64,000 nucleotides of DNA, from assembly GCA_008632985.1 (NCBI GenBank), contig QPGO01000019.1, positions 124,001 through 188,000 on the forward strand, written 5' to 3'. The notes beneath the pieces are model-generated. The model saw only the letters and a list, made by a program, of their open reading frames with translations, had not been told where the DNA came from and searched no databases. The number at the start of each line of letters is the position of its first letter. Positions within the stretch are counted from its first letter, which is position 1. Of the stretch, positions 25,201-38,300 are shown one piece after another. The stretch is from Psammoneis japonica. Its lineage: Eukaryota. The position numbers and the translations under genes are program-made.

Positions 25201-26895
25201 CTGTGCCTGCTGCCTGCTTTGGGTTCAAAGATTGCCATCTTTGCATGGTCAGATTCCCCCTGTTTTGGACTGGTCATTCCAGAGACATGATGGGTCATGC
25301 ATGAATGTGACAGACTTCAATGACATCTTCTTCAGACATTTGTTGAGAGTGCAGTCACTGCATTCACACATTGTCTTGGAGAACATGGATGAATTAGAAG
25401 CACGTGGATTGGCAAGGTCCTTGTGATGGGGTGCTGCTGCACGGGCTCAGAATGCAGAGGTTCTTGAACCAGACGTCAACTGGGTTGATCATTGGGGCAC
25501 TGGCATGGAGTTTGTGGTTGAGGGTCCAATGCAAGTGGCACATTCCAAGTGCCCACAGAAGTTGGAATCATTTTTAAGATTTTTCCAGGTGCTGCAATCT
25601 TTGAGGTTCTGCTTTGGTGCTTGAGTGGACAGGTGCCAAGCAGGAGCAGTGGATGCCATCCAAGCAGTTGCTGGCTCTTGGTTGGGAATGGGTGGGTTCA
25701 AATTGTTGAACAAAAGTGGGGGCTGTGATGCCACAGATGCAAGAAGGGTGTCATGGCCAGCGGTTTGTGTTTGGACCTGGTTGGTTGCATCTCAGGCTGT
25801 TGAGCAACTCCGTTGCTCTTTCTTGCTGTTGCATTGGCTGGAGCAACAGATGCTCATGATTGGCAGTCATGTGGCATGGCCCAGCTTCTGTTTGAATTGC
25901 AAGCTCCTGATTTTGATGCGTCTGCACAAATGAACCTGAAGGGGCTTCCAGTGTTGCTGGGGGCCAAATTTCTGACCAGGGTTTGTCAACCATCAGAGGG
26001 CTGCACCGCCATTGTCAAATGGAAGTGTCAGCATGTGTTCAAATGTCCAGTGGTCTGAGATTTAGAAATGAGACAAAGATCTAATCTGTGCCTTCAGGTT
26101 CACCAGACACTGAGTCCAGTGTCCAGATCATGGGTTGTGATTGGACATTTGTCGCCGACTCTTGTTTTGTTGGTCACACTTCATCAACTTGTGACCATTT
26201 CTCTCAAGCTCTCTTGTCAAACATGAAGCACATCACTTTGCAACAATTTGAGTCTAGAATGGAAAGGAGAGCACTTTTGAGAATGTGACTTCTGCGGCTC
26301 TTGACATGTGCAAACACAATCGTGTGAACAATGTTTGCAGTGGTTCAGATTGATTGCTTGCGCTGTTGACAACAGCTGTGGAGGTTTGGATCAAAATTTT
26401 TGTTCAGTGATTGTCTTGCTTCTTGTTGCCAAAACACTTGCATGCTCTCCTTCCTTTTCACTCTGACATCGTCTCATGAAAAGTTGTGCCTTTGAAACTT
26501 CGGCCATTTTTTCTTTCACTCCCACCCACCTGGTTGTGAGTCCATGGATGAAAGGGTGTCCTGGCCAGTGGCTCACACACACTTGACCTCGTTGGTTGCA
26601 TCTCAAGCTGTTTGGCAATTCTGTTGCTCTTTCTTGCCATTGCATTGGCTGGAGCAACAGGTGCTTGTGACTGGCAGTCATGCGGCATGGGCCCGGCTTC
26701 CGTTTGAATCGCGAGCTCCTGATTTTGACACGTGCCCACACAACCAAATCCAAAGGGGGTTCTGGACTTGCTGGGGGCCAAATTTCTGGCCAGGGTTTGT
26801 CAGGCTCACACCACCATTGTTCAGCAGAAGTGTCAGTGTGCATTGAAATGTCAGCGGTCTGACATTTGCAGCAGAAATGAAACGAGGAACCAGAA
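19207..26895 (+). mobile_element. Ngaro/PAT-like tyrosine-recombinase retrotransposon (DIRS order), degenerate, with split direct repeats A1-ORFs-B1-A2-B2
   Basis: A1 ~19207-19508 matches A2 ~26088-26394. B1 ~25740-26080 matches B2 ~26545-26895. RT motifs SFFVAPKGSDDIW, IAADVFFLSDD and LGIQD...PGAWAG. RNase H motifs GFADASGMDFG, TDNGVAE and HVAG...DGLSRG. YR-region motifs GDHLVCPF...HANLDAF and RSL.WGA..A. Confidence 0.75.
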
Positions 26896-27224
26896 CAGAC
26901 ATCAAAAATAAAAGGGACATTTCCCCGCAAACGACATGTGAACAAAAGGTCTAACTTGTCTGTCCTGCTGCAGGACGCAACAGCCAGTTCAGCAATGAAA
27001 CATGTAAAAAGAAAAGATCAGTGCGGTGTTGCGGGCAATGAAGGGCAACAAGGTGCATGGGAGTGACATTTGTTTCTCCTTTTTAAACGTGTTTTGCTGT
27101 GCAGCACTCTTGGCAAACATTCGTCAGCTTCTTGATTTTTGGCGTTTAGCGTTGCAATTGTTGCAGTGCACGAGACTTTCATTGACCACTCAGTGGTTGG
27201 TGATTGCAGACTTTTTCGTGTCGG

Positions 27225-27278
27225 TCCGGCAGTCGGGGGGTCGGGCAGTCGGGCAGTCGGGGGGTCGGGCAGTCGGGT
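27225..27278 (+). repeat. GGCAGTCG/GGGGGTCG 8-bp tandem repeat
   Basis: ggcagtcggggggtcgggcagtcgggcagtcggggggtcgggcagtcggg read directly. Confidence 0.8.
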
Positions 27279-27959
27279 TGTCCGTCTGAATTTGAAAGTG
27301 TGTCCCTCGGATTTTGGAACGGGATGGGTTGTTTGGTGCAGATGAATTCTTCGGATTCATGGAATGATCATTGAAGACATGAGAGGTCGTGGGGACATCC
27401 TAAAAAATTGATAAATTCCCTGCGACGGGTGCGTGGCACGGTTTTTCAGGAGAGCTCGAAAGTCATCAAAAATTGGGATTGCCAGCGTGGCATGTTGAAA
27501 AATGCACTCAGATGCAAACAAAGACAATTTGTCGTGAATTCTACACGAAACAGTCACATTTGGGAAAACATGTCGAACAACAAGTGAGTTTGTGCGATGC
27601 GCTGTTATGGCGATAAATTGGAAAAAAAAAAGAGTGTCCGTGCACCTCGCTGCAGCCCCAAAAATGGCATGAGACATCAAATGTGACGGTCATCCGCGTC
27701 ACCGGTGCGGTGGCCACACCACTCAGCCGCCACAATGCCGGCCCCGGCGGTGGGGCCCTGCGCACGTGCAGGCAATGCAGCATGCAACGGCACACACCCA
27801 CACCCACAAAGAAAGACAAGTGGTCAATGCTCCCCGCAGGCCTGGTCTTTCGGCGAATTGCGGCATTTGAGTCCCACTTTGTTTGGAGAGATCTCTCAAT
27901 CTCGGCAAGTCTCATAAAGCCAATCGAACATTGACTGACTGGGATGTTCATTCGCAACA

Positions 27960-30485
27960 ATGTTTGCCAGCAGAGCAGTTCTTCTCCTGCTCGCTGCAGC
28001 TTTTGCTCCGCAGAGGAGCGAAGCCCAACAGGTGCAGACGGATGAATCGAGCTCACTTTGTTTTGGAGTGCTTTGTTCTTGCTTCCTTTTTGATTTCTAA
28101 CTGGATTTTTCCAAATGAATCCATTGCACAAAGGCAGCAGATGACTGCGCTCTGGAAGAACTTCTTTTTCTTGGCAATCTCCAGCGGGAACTTGGCACCG
28201 ACATGGGCATCCCGGGAATCGTGGAAAATGCCGTGTGCATGAATGATGCTGCCATGGAACCTGGGCTTGCATGCACCTCCCAAGCTGTCGATCTAGCATC
28301 GGCTCTCCCACCCACAAATGTTGCGGGCTGCATCATGGAAGGAGATGATGTCAGTTTCCTTTTGCACTTCCAGCTCAACACAAATTCAGGTCAACGCTTC
28401 GACGTTGGCATTTGGTTTTCAGAAATGGGTGCAAGCGCCCAAACAGGCGAATGCACTGTGGTGAATCTTCCATGGGGGCAGGCACCAACTTACATTGGCT
28501 TGGATGTGACGAGCAACCCTTTTCCAGGAGGCAGCGGAAGTGCCCCTCCATTCAACATACAAGATGCGTGCGGAGACCTTGACAAAAGTGCTCAGACATT
28601 CCCTGTCTTGCTGACCATCCCCTTGACGGTGAAATGCGTCGATCTAGTTGGCAATGATCGAATGTTAGATGCACCGCACTGCACCAGCTGGAGGACTTCA
28701 GGAATGACTGAGAATGCCCCATGCACATCTCCTCTTGAAACTTTTCCTCTTGAAAAAAGCATGTGCAAATGCAACGTGTTAATGCTCCCCATCATGGTGC
28801 CAGGCACGCCGAGTCCCACGCCATCCCCTGCCCCGAGTCCGACGCCATCTCCAACTCCAGCTCCTGCCCTGAGTCCAACGCCATCTCCAACCCCTGCTCC
28901 TGCGCCCAGTCCGACGCCATCTCCAACTCCAGCTCCTGCTCCGAGTCCGATGCCGTCCCCCACACCAGCGCCAATGCCGTCTCCAACCCCTGCTCCTGCT
29001 CCAAGCCCGATGCCGTCTCCAACGCCTGCTCCTGCTCCGAGTCCGACGCCGTCCCCTGCACCAGCGCCAACACCGTCACCCACTGTGCGGAAGGGTGCTT
29101 GCTGCCCTCTAGCTGGATCCAACAGGGTTTGCTTCAAGGGAGCTGAAGAAGAATGTCTTTCAAATTACGGACTCTGGCAAGGGAACAGCGTGACGTGCAA
29201 GGACGTAGATTGTCCGACATCACCTCCTGCAAGCTCTCCTGCCGAAAGCCCCACCATGGCTCCAACTGACCCGGCTCCGACAGCAGCTCCAACGACCCCT
29301 GCTCCTGCCAGAGCTCCCACACTGCCACCGATGAAAGTTGATCAGAGTCCAGGAGCATGCTGCACCTTGTTTGATGGATGCAAGTTTCTTTCTCAGGAAA
29401 CGTGCGCTTTGGGTGGTGGTGCATTTACAAAACCAAACCAAAAGTGCAAGGACACTGAATGCCCCAACAAGGGAGCTTGCTGCTTGGAGGATGGATGCAG
29501 CAAAACTTTCAAGAAGGAGTGCACCAACCAAGGAGGCAAGTTCAAGGGATTTGGCATGCCGTGTGAACCTGGTTTGTGCCCGACCAAACCACCAACTCCG
29601 GCTCCTGGCACCGCAGCACCTACGCAGAAACCCACCGTTGCTCCTCCTCCGACTGGAGCATGCTGTGATGTTGAGGATGATAAATGTGAGCAAACCACAG
29701 AAGAAGATTGTGACACGGGAGCATTCTTGGGGCTTGGAGTCAAGTGCAAGCCGGGTGTTTGTCCCACAAGGACTTCTCCAGGAGCCTGCTGCCTCAAATC
29801 TGGAGAATGCCGTTTCTGGTCTCAACGGACATGCGCTGCAAATGGAAACTTCTTCTTGGGTCCTGGTGCTTCCTGCAAGAATGTGGTGTGCCCAGGCAAG
29901 ACTCCAAGCCCTGCCCCTGCTCCGGTCAAGAAACCGATTGGAGCCTGCTGTTTTGAAAGTGGTCTTTGCCGCAACCTCATGCCTGCCGTGTGCAGGAAGA
30001 AGCATGGCAAGTTCATCGGTGAAGGTGCCATGTGTGCGAAGGACAACCGCTGTCCGGTTGGACAATGCGGCAAGCCCGGTGCGTGTTGTCTTGTGAAGAA
30101 AAGGCAGTGCAGGACTCTCCCTGAGAAGAAGTGCAAAAAGAAGGGTGGACATTTTGGTGGTGAAGGTGCCAAGTGTAGCATGAAAACGTGCCCTGCCGCA
30201 CATGGTGCCTGTTGCTTGCCAAATGGAAATTGTGCTGTGTTGAAGAAGACTGCTTGCGTCAAGAAGAAGCAGGGAAAGTTTGTCGGATTTGGCACCAAGT
30301 GTAAGAAGAAAACCTGCGCCTCCAAACCCGGTGCCTGTTGCTGGAAGAATGGCAAGTGCATGATGTTCAAACAGTCCAAGTGCCACACGCGTGGAGGAAA
30401 ATTCGTGGGAGCCGGTGTCAAGTGCGGCAAGAACACATGCCCCAAGAGCCCTGATCACAAATGGTTTGTGTTGAGTGTGAGATGA
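27960..30485 (+). pseudogene. Copy 2 of the secreted GACC-repeat gene. ORF open but TpA/CpG-hypermutated. Exons 27960-28031 and 28134-30485
   Basis: Collinear with 3862-6606, including upstream sequence and intron. Numerous TA->TG/CA and CG->TG/CA changes. Intron donor gtacgg->gtgcag. Stop TAG->TGG with read-through WFVLSVR. Expression is unknown. Confidence 0.8.
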
Positions 30486-32230
30486 TGTACACATCTTTTG
30501 TCATTTGCTTGCAATGCAATGAGCAACTCATTTTATCTTCATCCATTCAACCAATTGTGCCTTTGTTCTTGCATTGAGAAACATTCTGTTGCTTGCAGTC
30601 CTCAACATCAGATGGTGGGGGCAGTGGATGCAGAGGGAAAATGTCAGAGACGTGCGACACCGCTGATGAAACCAAGCCCGGTTCATGCAGAGCATGTCTT
30701 TTAACGCAGCGGTCTAGTTGCTGCACACATTTGACTTTGACAAAAAGCCTCCCATCCTGCTGCCAGGTTTTTGAGCTGTCTCCAAACTGTCTGTTCAATT
30801 GCTGCAAGAACAAAGACTGTCAAAAATGTGGCAAATCAAGACATGAAAGCAAGGAGCTTCTTGCTTGCTTGTCCCAGTTTCACTGCCAATGACAAGTCTG
30901 ACTTCAGCCACACGAGAGTGGCAAATCCAGCATTGAGCAACCATTGCTCCAAAAACAAAGTGCTCAGGTGTCACAATGTTCCAAACAAGAACATCTCAAC
31001 TGAGGACTGGAACGCTGAAACAACGGCCACAATGGAACGAGGTGCCAACTCTTTGCTGAAGGCAGTGGTGCCATGCTCTTCAGGAAAAGAGACTCTGTTC
31101 TTTTCAAGAAATTTTGCAGCAATTGATGCTCTGTTGCCCAACCCAAATGACCCAGATTCAGACTTGCAAGAAGAAGAGGTGCTGCTTCACAACAAGGGCA
31201 CTTGTTCTTTTCTGACTGACGTGGCTCTCAAGAGTCATTTTGCAACTCCAGCACAACTCCAATCAATGGACATCCATGGTCAGGGCATTGTCGGCAATTA
31301 AATCAAGATTGCACTCACAGAACTTGGCTGTGCAAAACAATGCTGTTGATTGTGCCTTGCAAAAGTTTTGCATGAAATCTCTTGCATCATTGCAGGCCAC
31401 AGGCACCAGGCACCAGGCACCAAACTGGGCGACAAGGGAAAAAATGCTCGCCATTTCCAAAGTGCCCTTTTTCTTGACTGTCAAAGTGTTTGACACACAC
31501 TTTGGTCTTCAACACAAAGTTGTTTGCCTGAACAACACTGTGGTGGATTTGTCCCAAATGTCATTGATGATGCTTGGCTTTGCGTCAGGAAGCTGAGTGG
31601 GACCCAAAAGCTCTGTGACATGTGACTTGTGCCACAACTCATGATGTCCAATTGTCCACCCTCAATGAAGTTCACACAACAACCAATGGATGTGCAGGAC
31701 ATCAAGCACCAGTGCTCTCTTGTTGTGAAACCTTTTAAATCTCTTGCACAAGAGCTCCCACTGTGGGAGACAGCACAGTGCCGTCAATGGCATCCAGCAA
31801 TGCACCGCCATTGGAGCTGTCAAGTGCGCCTGTTTGGACGCTGTCAGATGCCCCTTTGGAAGCCCCAGGTGTGGAGGACAGCACAGCAGCATGCTGTCAG
31901 AAACTCCAATTCATCCACCAATTTCATGGCTCCATCTGCATTGCCCCTCTGTTGTGACAATCCTTGATGCGCTGCTCAGTTGTTGTGGCCCACAACTCAG
32001 AATCTTCTGCAGAAAACCCTGAAAGTCAAACCAACAAAAATCATGAGTGATCCATTTTTTGCTTTTTGGAAGTTTTGCAGAGGAGTCTGCACCCACAGCA
32101 ACATGCCAGCAATTGCAGCCTCGCTGACAATGAACAAATTGCAATGACAAGAAAAACAAAGCACGCTTTTTGATGGTGCTTTCTCCGACATTCAATCTTG
32201 GTGTTGGCACATTGGCCAGTGCTTCAACAC

Positions 32231-32399
32231 TCACAGACTGCCAGCATTGGGACAATCCAGCAGACATCTGGGACAGATGACAATCGCGCACTGGATGAGA
32301 AAAAAAGGGAGCAAAAGAGAGATCATCGGATCTCTCCATGCTGTCTGTGCCAGTCTGTCTGACACAAGGGAGTGCACTCCCCATCTCGGATGTCTGCCA
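32231..32399 (-). repeat. 3' LTR of Copia element
   Basis: Direct repeat of 39153-39321, adjacent to the polypurine tract. Confidence 0.9.
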
Positions 32400-35300
32400 C
32401 CCTCCCCTGATGAGCAATGCAATGCTCATCAAGAAAGAAAGAGATGATCCAAATAAAAAAGAGGATCAGAACAGCAGAACAAAAAAGAGGACCAGAAAAG
32501 AAAACTCACCAAAGACTTGATCCGCAAACACGATGACAATCAACGGCAGTGTTCCATCAAATGGCGGGCATGGCGGGAGTGAAGCATCCAACCCACAGCC
32601 TTGGTTAGTGCGTCAGCAGGGTCAATGACACCCGGAATGTGTCAAGTGACAATTTTGCCTGTGTCACACCAGTCTTGGATTGCAAAATGTTGAACATCAA
32701 TGTGGTGGGATTGCCCCGCAGGCACCTTGTCATCGACCATCTGGATGGCAGAGGAGCCGTCAATGTGCGAGGGAGCAGGATCTTGTTGGGAAAAACCCAG
32801 CTCTTCAAGGACCACACAGAGGCACAGAGTTTGCTTTGCACCAATGACAGCTGCAAGAAATTCAGCTTCTGTGGAGCTGGTGGCCGCAGTTGTCTGCGCA
32901 CGGCAACAGCAATCAGCTGCAGCACCAGCAAGGACATGTGCACACCCGGCAGCAGACCGCCGATGCCAAAGTTCATTGGCATGTGCTGCATCAACAAAGC
33001 CAAGAAGTTGGAAAAGACCATCAGCACAAGGAAAGTCAGGAAGGGATGGATCATCCTCAAGCCACTCAAAGGCACGAGGAGGTGAACCTGGATCCCGCTT
33101 GGTCTTCTCATGCGTCAACCCCCAATGCTTGGTGTGGCACAAATGCTTGGCCATGCGCTTGAGAGACCCACAATGAATTTCAGCCAGAGCCTTGGAGAAC
33201 TTGGACAAGGTGACAACAGGAAGACCGACATCCAAGCAGCAACACGAACAAGCAAAGACCAGCTCACCCAAGACAGAATGACAAGAGAAAAGCCCTGGGA
33301 TTCAGAGAGAGTGCCACACTCGGGAGCACCTTTTCTGCTGGACCTTCAGCAGCACACAAATCTGCAATGCAATCAACCGGCACAGGCGCAGCCTTGAAAT
33401 CAGTGTCACATTCGCAGCAGGAGCATCCCATCCATGAGTCTTGAAGACACGATCGAGGCAACTTGCAACATTGATCGCAATCAAGTCATCATTCTGGATG
33501 ACATCAATGCCACTGAATTCAGCAACCAAACCCAAATGCTTGACTGGGGGGGTGTCTTGATTCTCCATCTGGAGGGCCTTTCCAATGTGGTCACAGATCT
33601 CTTTTGCAATCTTCTCCAAGGGACAAGCAAGTGCAAAATCATCAACTTGACAGAGCAATTGGACCTTGACACCATCATGTTCACCAGAGCAGATGCACTT
33701 GTCATGAGCAGCATTTTGGAAGAGAAGTTTTGCACCCAAGAGAGTCGAATTTATGTGCTTTTCCCACAGGACACCAGCTTCAGGATGGCCTTGGAGGGCA
33801 TGCTTGAGCAAAAGAATGCAATGGCGGGGCACTTTCTTGCCAAAATGACTTTCATGCCACATGCAGCACATGCATCATCAACAGCAACAAACACTGGTTG
33901 TGAAGGTGTTCCACACAAGACGAATGCGTGGAGGTCAGTTTGTGCAATGCTGGCACAGCCGACTTGGATTCATCTCCACATTGTCCAGAATGACATTGTC
34001 CATCTGGCTTTGCCATGCAATCCCAATGTGGACACATGACATTTGCTCCAGGGGGACGCGGTTGTGGAGGACCATGCGTGCCAAGTGCACAAAATTGGCC
34101 CAGTTGATGCTTCTCTCCTTCCTCCCATTCCGGCCATGTGTCAAGTTCATGGAGCTTGGCACGGGTGAGATGGTCAAGGGCAGCTTCTTCCGGAGTGAGA
34201 GCACAGGAACCAATTGCATGAAGATGGGCACAAAAGACATCCATTGGAATGGCCTCATCAGAGAAATCATCTTTGGGGTGGAGAAGAGCTGCAATGGATC
34301 AGACATCCTCCAAGGTGAGCTCGAGCACATGGGAGTCATCTTCCATTGAGTCTGGATCAAACAACTCCACTTCCTCAAATGCTTTGTTAAGAGTTCGGGA
34401 GTCCAGATGTCTTTCCGGTGCAAAATCAATCTCAAAAGTTGGAATCTCATCACGAAAGACCCACAACAGTGTGTCTTCAGCATCTTGTGGTGCAAAGACT
34501 TCCTGCTTGTTGACAGAGACAATGCATGCACCCATGAGCTTTTTTCAAGCAGCGCAAAGGGATGAGAGTGATGAGGCCGCAGGATTGCGCTGCTTGATTT
34601 CTGAGATGCAGACATGATCTTAAAGCACACTGGGAGAAGCCAAATCTGCAGGTGGGGTCCTTGGGAGGACATTTCATGGTGCAAGCAACAGTCTTGGCAA
34701 ATGGGTTTGATGAAGAAGCAAACTCAGGGACAGTTGTGCCCTGTGTTTCAGCCGGAAAAGGCTGACCATTTTCCACATGTTGCAAATGGGTGGCATTGGG
34801 AGGAAGTTGATCCAAAAACAGGTCATTCACACCCTCATCACACCGCACATGCTTGACTGTCTTGACCTTGTCAATCTCAGGATCCCACCAAAGAACATTC
34901 TTCAAGGTGTTTGGGAGACACCCAAGGAATGCGCATTTCTTCAAATTTGTCCAGAACGTTGCAAATGGGTGGCATTTGGAGGAAGTTGACCCAAAAACAG
35001 GTCATTGGCACCCTCATCACAACACACATGCTTGGCCATCTTGACCTTGTCAGTCTCAGGATCCCACCAAAGAACATTCTTCAAGGTGTTCGGGAGACAC
35101 CCAAGGAATGCGCATTTCTTCAAATTTGTCCAGAACGTGGCAGAACAAACAGCAGATCATCTGGCGACACTCGACATCCAAAAGTCTTCAAAGCAGCAAA
35201 ATTCTTGATCTTTCCAGTGACAAGGGCAATGGGGGATGCATCTTGATCTTTTGCAGGAGTGGCATTCTTGACACGGAGGTGATGGCAAAAAGCACAAGGC

Positions 35301-38300
35301 CAGAATCTGATTGGGAGGTTGGCAATGATTAAAATCGCACAAATCGGGTTCTCGACATTCAAACATGATGAGCGTTCAACAGGGCCACATTGGTTGGATG
35401 CACCAGTGCCAGAAGGACACATGTCATGCTGGAATTCTTGTTCAAAGAGGTCACAAACTTTGGGGCTCTTGTGCAATTCCCCACCTTGATCCAAGGTTGC
35501 ATGTTTGTCATGACAATTTGGCGAGTGTCGATCCAAGAATTGGCAAATCCACTTGAGAGGACTGGCTCAAGAGACCCGCGCAACACCATGAAGCGTGTGT
35601 GTTTTATGATCATGGACAGTGATCCAACACGTTTCACCATCACAACCAAGACAGTCAGACTTGCAGTCTTCATTCTTGGAAGCCTGACCAGCAAAAGCAA
35701 AATCCACAGCAAGGCCTTGTGTTGGGTCCAGCGGGCATCTTGACTTGCTTTGCCTGAATGCACGTGGGACAAGCACCAAGGACCGGGTTGGCATGCCTGA
35801 ACTTGGGGACTCCTTTGATGTGCTTGTGAGCGTTGCACAAGCAATGATTGCTGGGATGTCCAAGGCAGTGGTGCCATGGGAGATGTTCAGTCTCAACTTT
35901 GAGAGAGCGGGCCAGAGCATGAGTGGGCAACTGTGGCAATGTGTGTGCAACAGAATTGCGTTTCATTGAAAACAACTCAGCATCCATCATTGGGGGGTCA
36001 GATGGAGTTTGTTGAACATTGACACAGAAGACAGCACGTTGGCATGCACCGTCAATGTCACCAACCAATGTCGGGTCAGGTGCTGAGTGTGCTGTGCAGA
36101 CATCAGTCTTGGACGGGGAATCAGAGGCTGTGCAAAGACCTTTCCATGCCAGAGGATGCCATGGACAACTGCCTCTTTGGTGTCAGTCAAAGCAGCACAT
36201 TGGCACAGGTCTTCTCAAGAAGCTCGGAGCGAATGACCTGAGGTTTAAAACCAGAAGCCCACGCAAAATCACGTTCATCAATCAAGGTGGAATGCAGGCT
36301 TGGATGGCAAAAGGTGTGCACAAGAAGAAAGCAGTCAGCATTCTCTGCGGGTGCTTGTAAATGACCAAAGCCATGAGGAGCCATGTCAGAGCTTTCAGCA
36401 GCAGAGAGCATCTTCAAAGGACAGGGATTGTCCGGTCCAAATGGGGTGCAAGCATGGAGAAGGTTCCATTCTCCTGCACAGAACACCCAAGCACCAGCAT
36501 CAATCTGTGCACGGTGTGACATTGAATCATGGAGCACATGATTGAAAGGGACAATGGGAGTGTTCAATGATTCAAAAGTTGCAGGTGATTTTGGTGGATA
36601 AAAAATCAGAGAGACACACACTGCACTCAATGGCAACAAGTGCTGGCTGGCAGTCATGTTGAGGTGCTCAAAGTCTTGATCTTGGTCAGTGGACAGAGGG
36701 TCATCAAAATCTTGTGCAGGAGGTTCATGAAGAATGGGTTCCCTCCCCTGATTAATGTCATCAGGGTCATCATCCGGAATTGTCTTGACATCCGGAGTGC
36801 TGGCCTTCATCGGATCCAAAAGAAGGTTTGCAAATGACACACATGAAAGAGGTGGTTCAGCGGAAGGCAACGAGTTGGTTAGACCCTCTTTTGCAGTTGC
36901 CCCACTTGCAGGAGTTGATTTTGGATTGGAGAGAGATGGGTGGCATTGTTTGTCCGAACGCAACAATGGCCCCAGGAAAAATCCTTCTTGGGCTTCTCAG
37001 ACTTGAGTGCATCTCAAGCATGCTGATCGCATTGAAGGAATTGGAAGAACCAGATCAGGTGAGTGTGCAAGCACTCAGCATTGTTCAACACTGGGCACTC
37101 ATGAAACAAGTGACCATCGCCACAGACAACACATGGGCAAGTCTGTGCAGCAGCAGGTGATGACTCAATCCTGCAGATGCAAGCCTTGCAAACACCATGC
37201 AGTGCTTGTGCTTCATCATCCAGAGGGATTTCCACAGCAGCAAGTTCATTTGCAAAATGCTCCATGACATCCACAGGTTCTTCCGCAGGAGGAGAATTGG
37301 TTTCTGTTGGAGTCTCTTCTTCAACAACTGGAGGTGGAATCAGACGATTCGTCTTCAGGCAGCAAGTCCAGACCTCGAACAGGAGCTGCAAGAGAAGGGT
37401 TTGCCGGGGGACAAGGAATCTGATTATGGAGACAATGTGGAGGACACTTGGGAGGGTCCTTGACACACAGATCAGGGCTGTCCGGTTCCTTGAGTGTCAC
37501 ACTGATGGTCTTGACAATCTTCTTCTGGGCAAACTTGTGTTGCTTGTTCTTGTCTTCCCAAGCATTCACTGTTTTGCAGTGTGGATGCTCTCCATGCCGG
37601 GCATTGCCAAGAAAAATGTCCAGCTCACCAGGATCATCAAGGGATGCATCAACATTGGAGATGATTGCCTGCAGTTGAAGGCAGTCTCGGAAAAGAGCAC
37701 AGCAACTAAGAATTGTGAGGTTGTTTTGGTGGGGGCAGCTCTTGATTAATTCACACGGACGCTTCATCCAAATTGGCAGGACATCAAAGAGGATCATCTT
37801 GAGGGCAGCATGTCCATCTCCATGGCACTGACAAACAATGTCAGGATGCTTGGAGTTGGCTGGAAAGATTCCAACCTTCTGAATGCACTGGAAGACAGTC
37901 AACTTCATCCGGTCAAGTGGTGCTCGCATCCGAAGTGGCAGGTCATCTGCAGGATCATTGCCACTCGTGAAGCCCCAATTTCTGCCATCCTTGATAAAAC
38001 ACCAGAGGGGGTGCATGCACGTGCCACAAGCCGAGGCTTGTTGGGTTGCTGCAGTGTGCCATGCACGGATTCCTTGAGGAGAGATGTTGTCACAAGCAAG
38101 AGGGTCGTGAAGAAAAGACTTGGCATCCCAGTCAGTGCAACAGACAAAGAGAGAACCATCAGCAAGCATGAGATGCTCTGCACCATCTTCACAGTGAAGA
38201 TTTCCAGACTTGCAGGGCACCAGTGACTTCCCTGACACCACTTTCCCGGCTTCCTTGTGTTGACAGCAAGCTGGTGCAACCTTTGGAAGTCCTTTTGGGT

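Noticed and set aside
27960..30485. ADAR-type editing of an RNA intermediate (retrocopy)
   Set aside because: Copy 2 retains its intron and upstream DNA, and it shows both A->G and T->C on the same strand.
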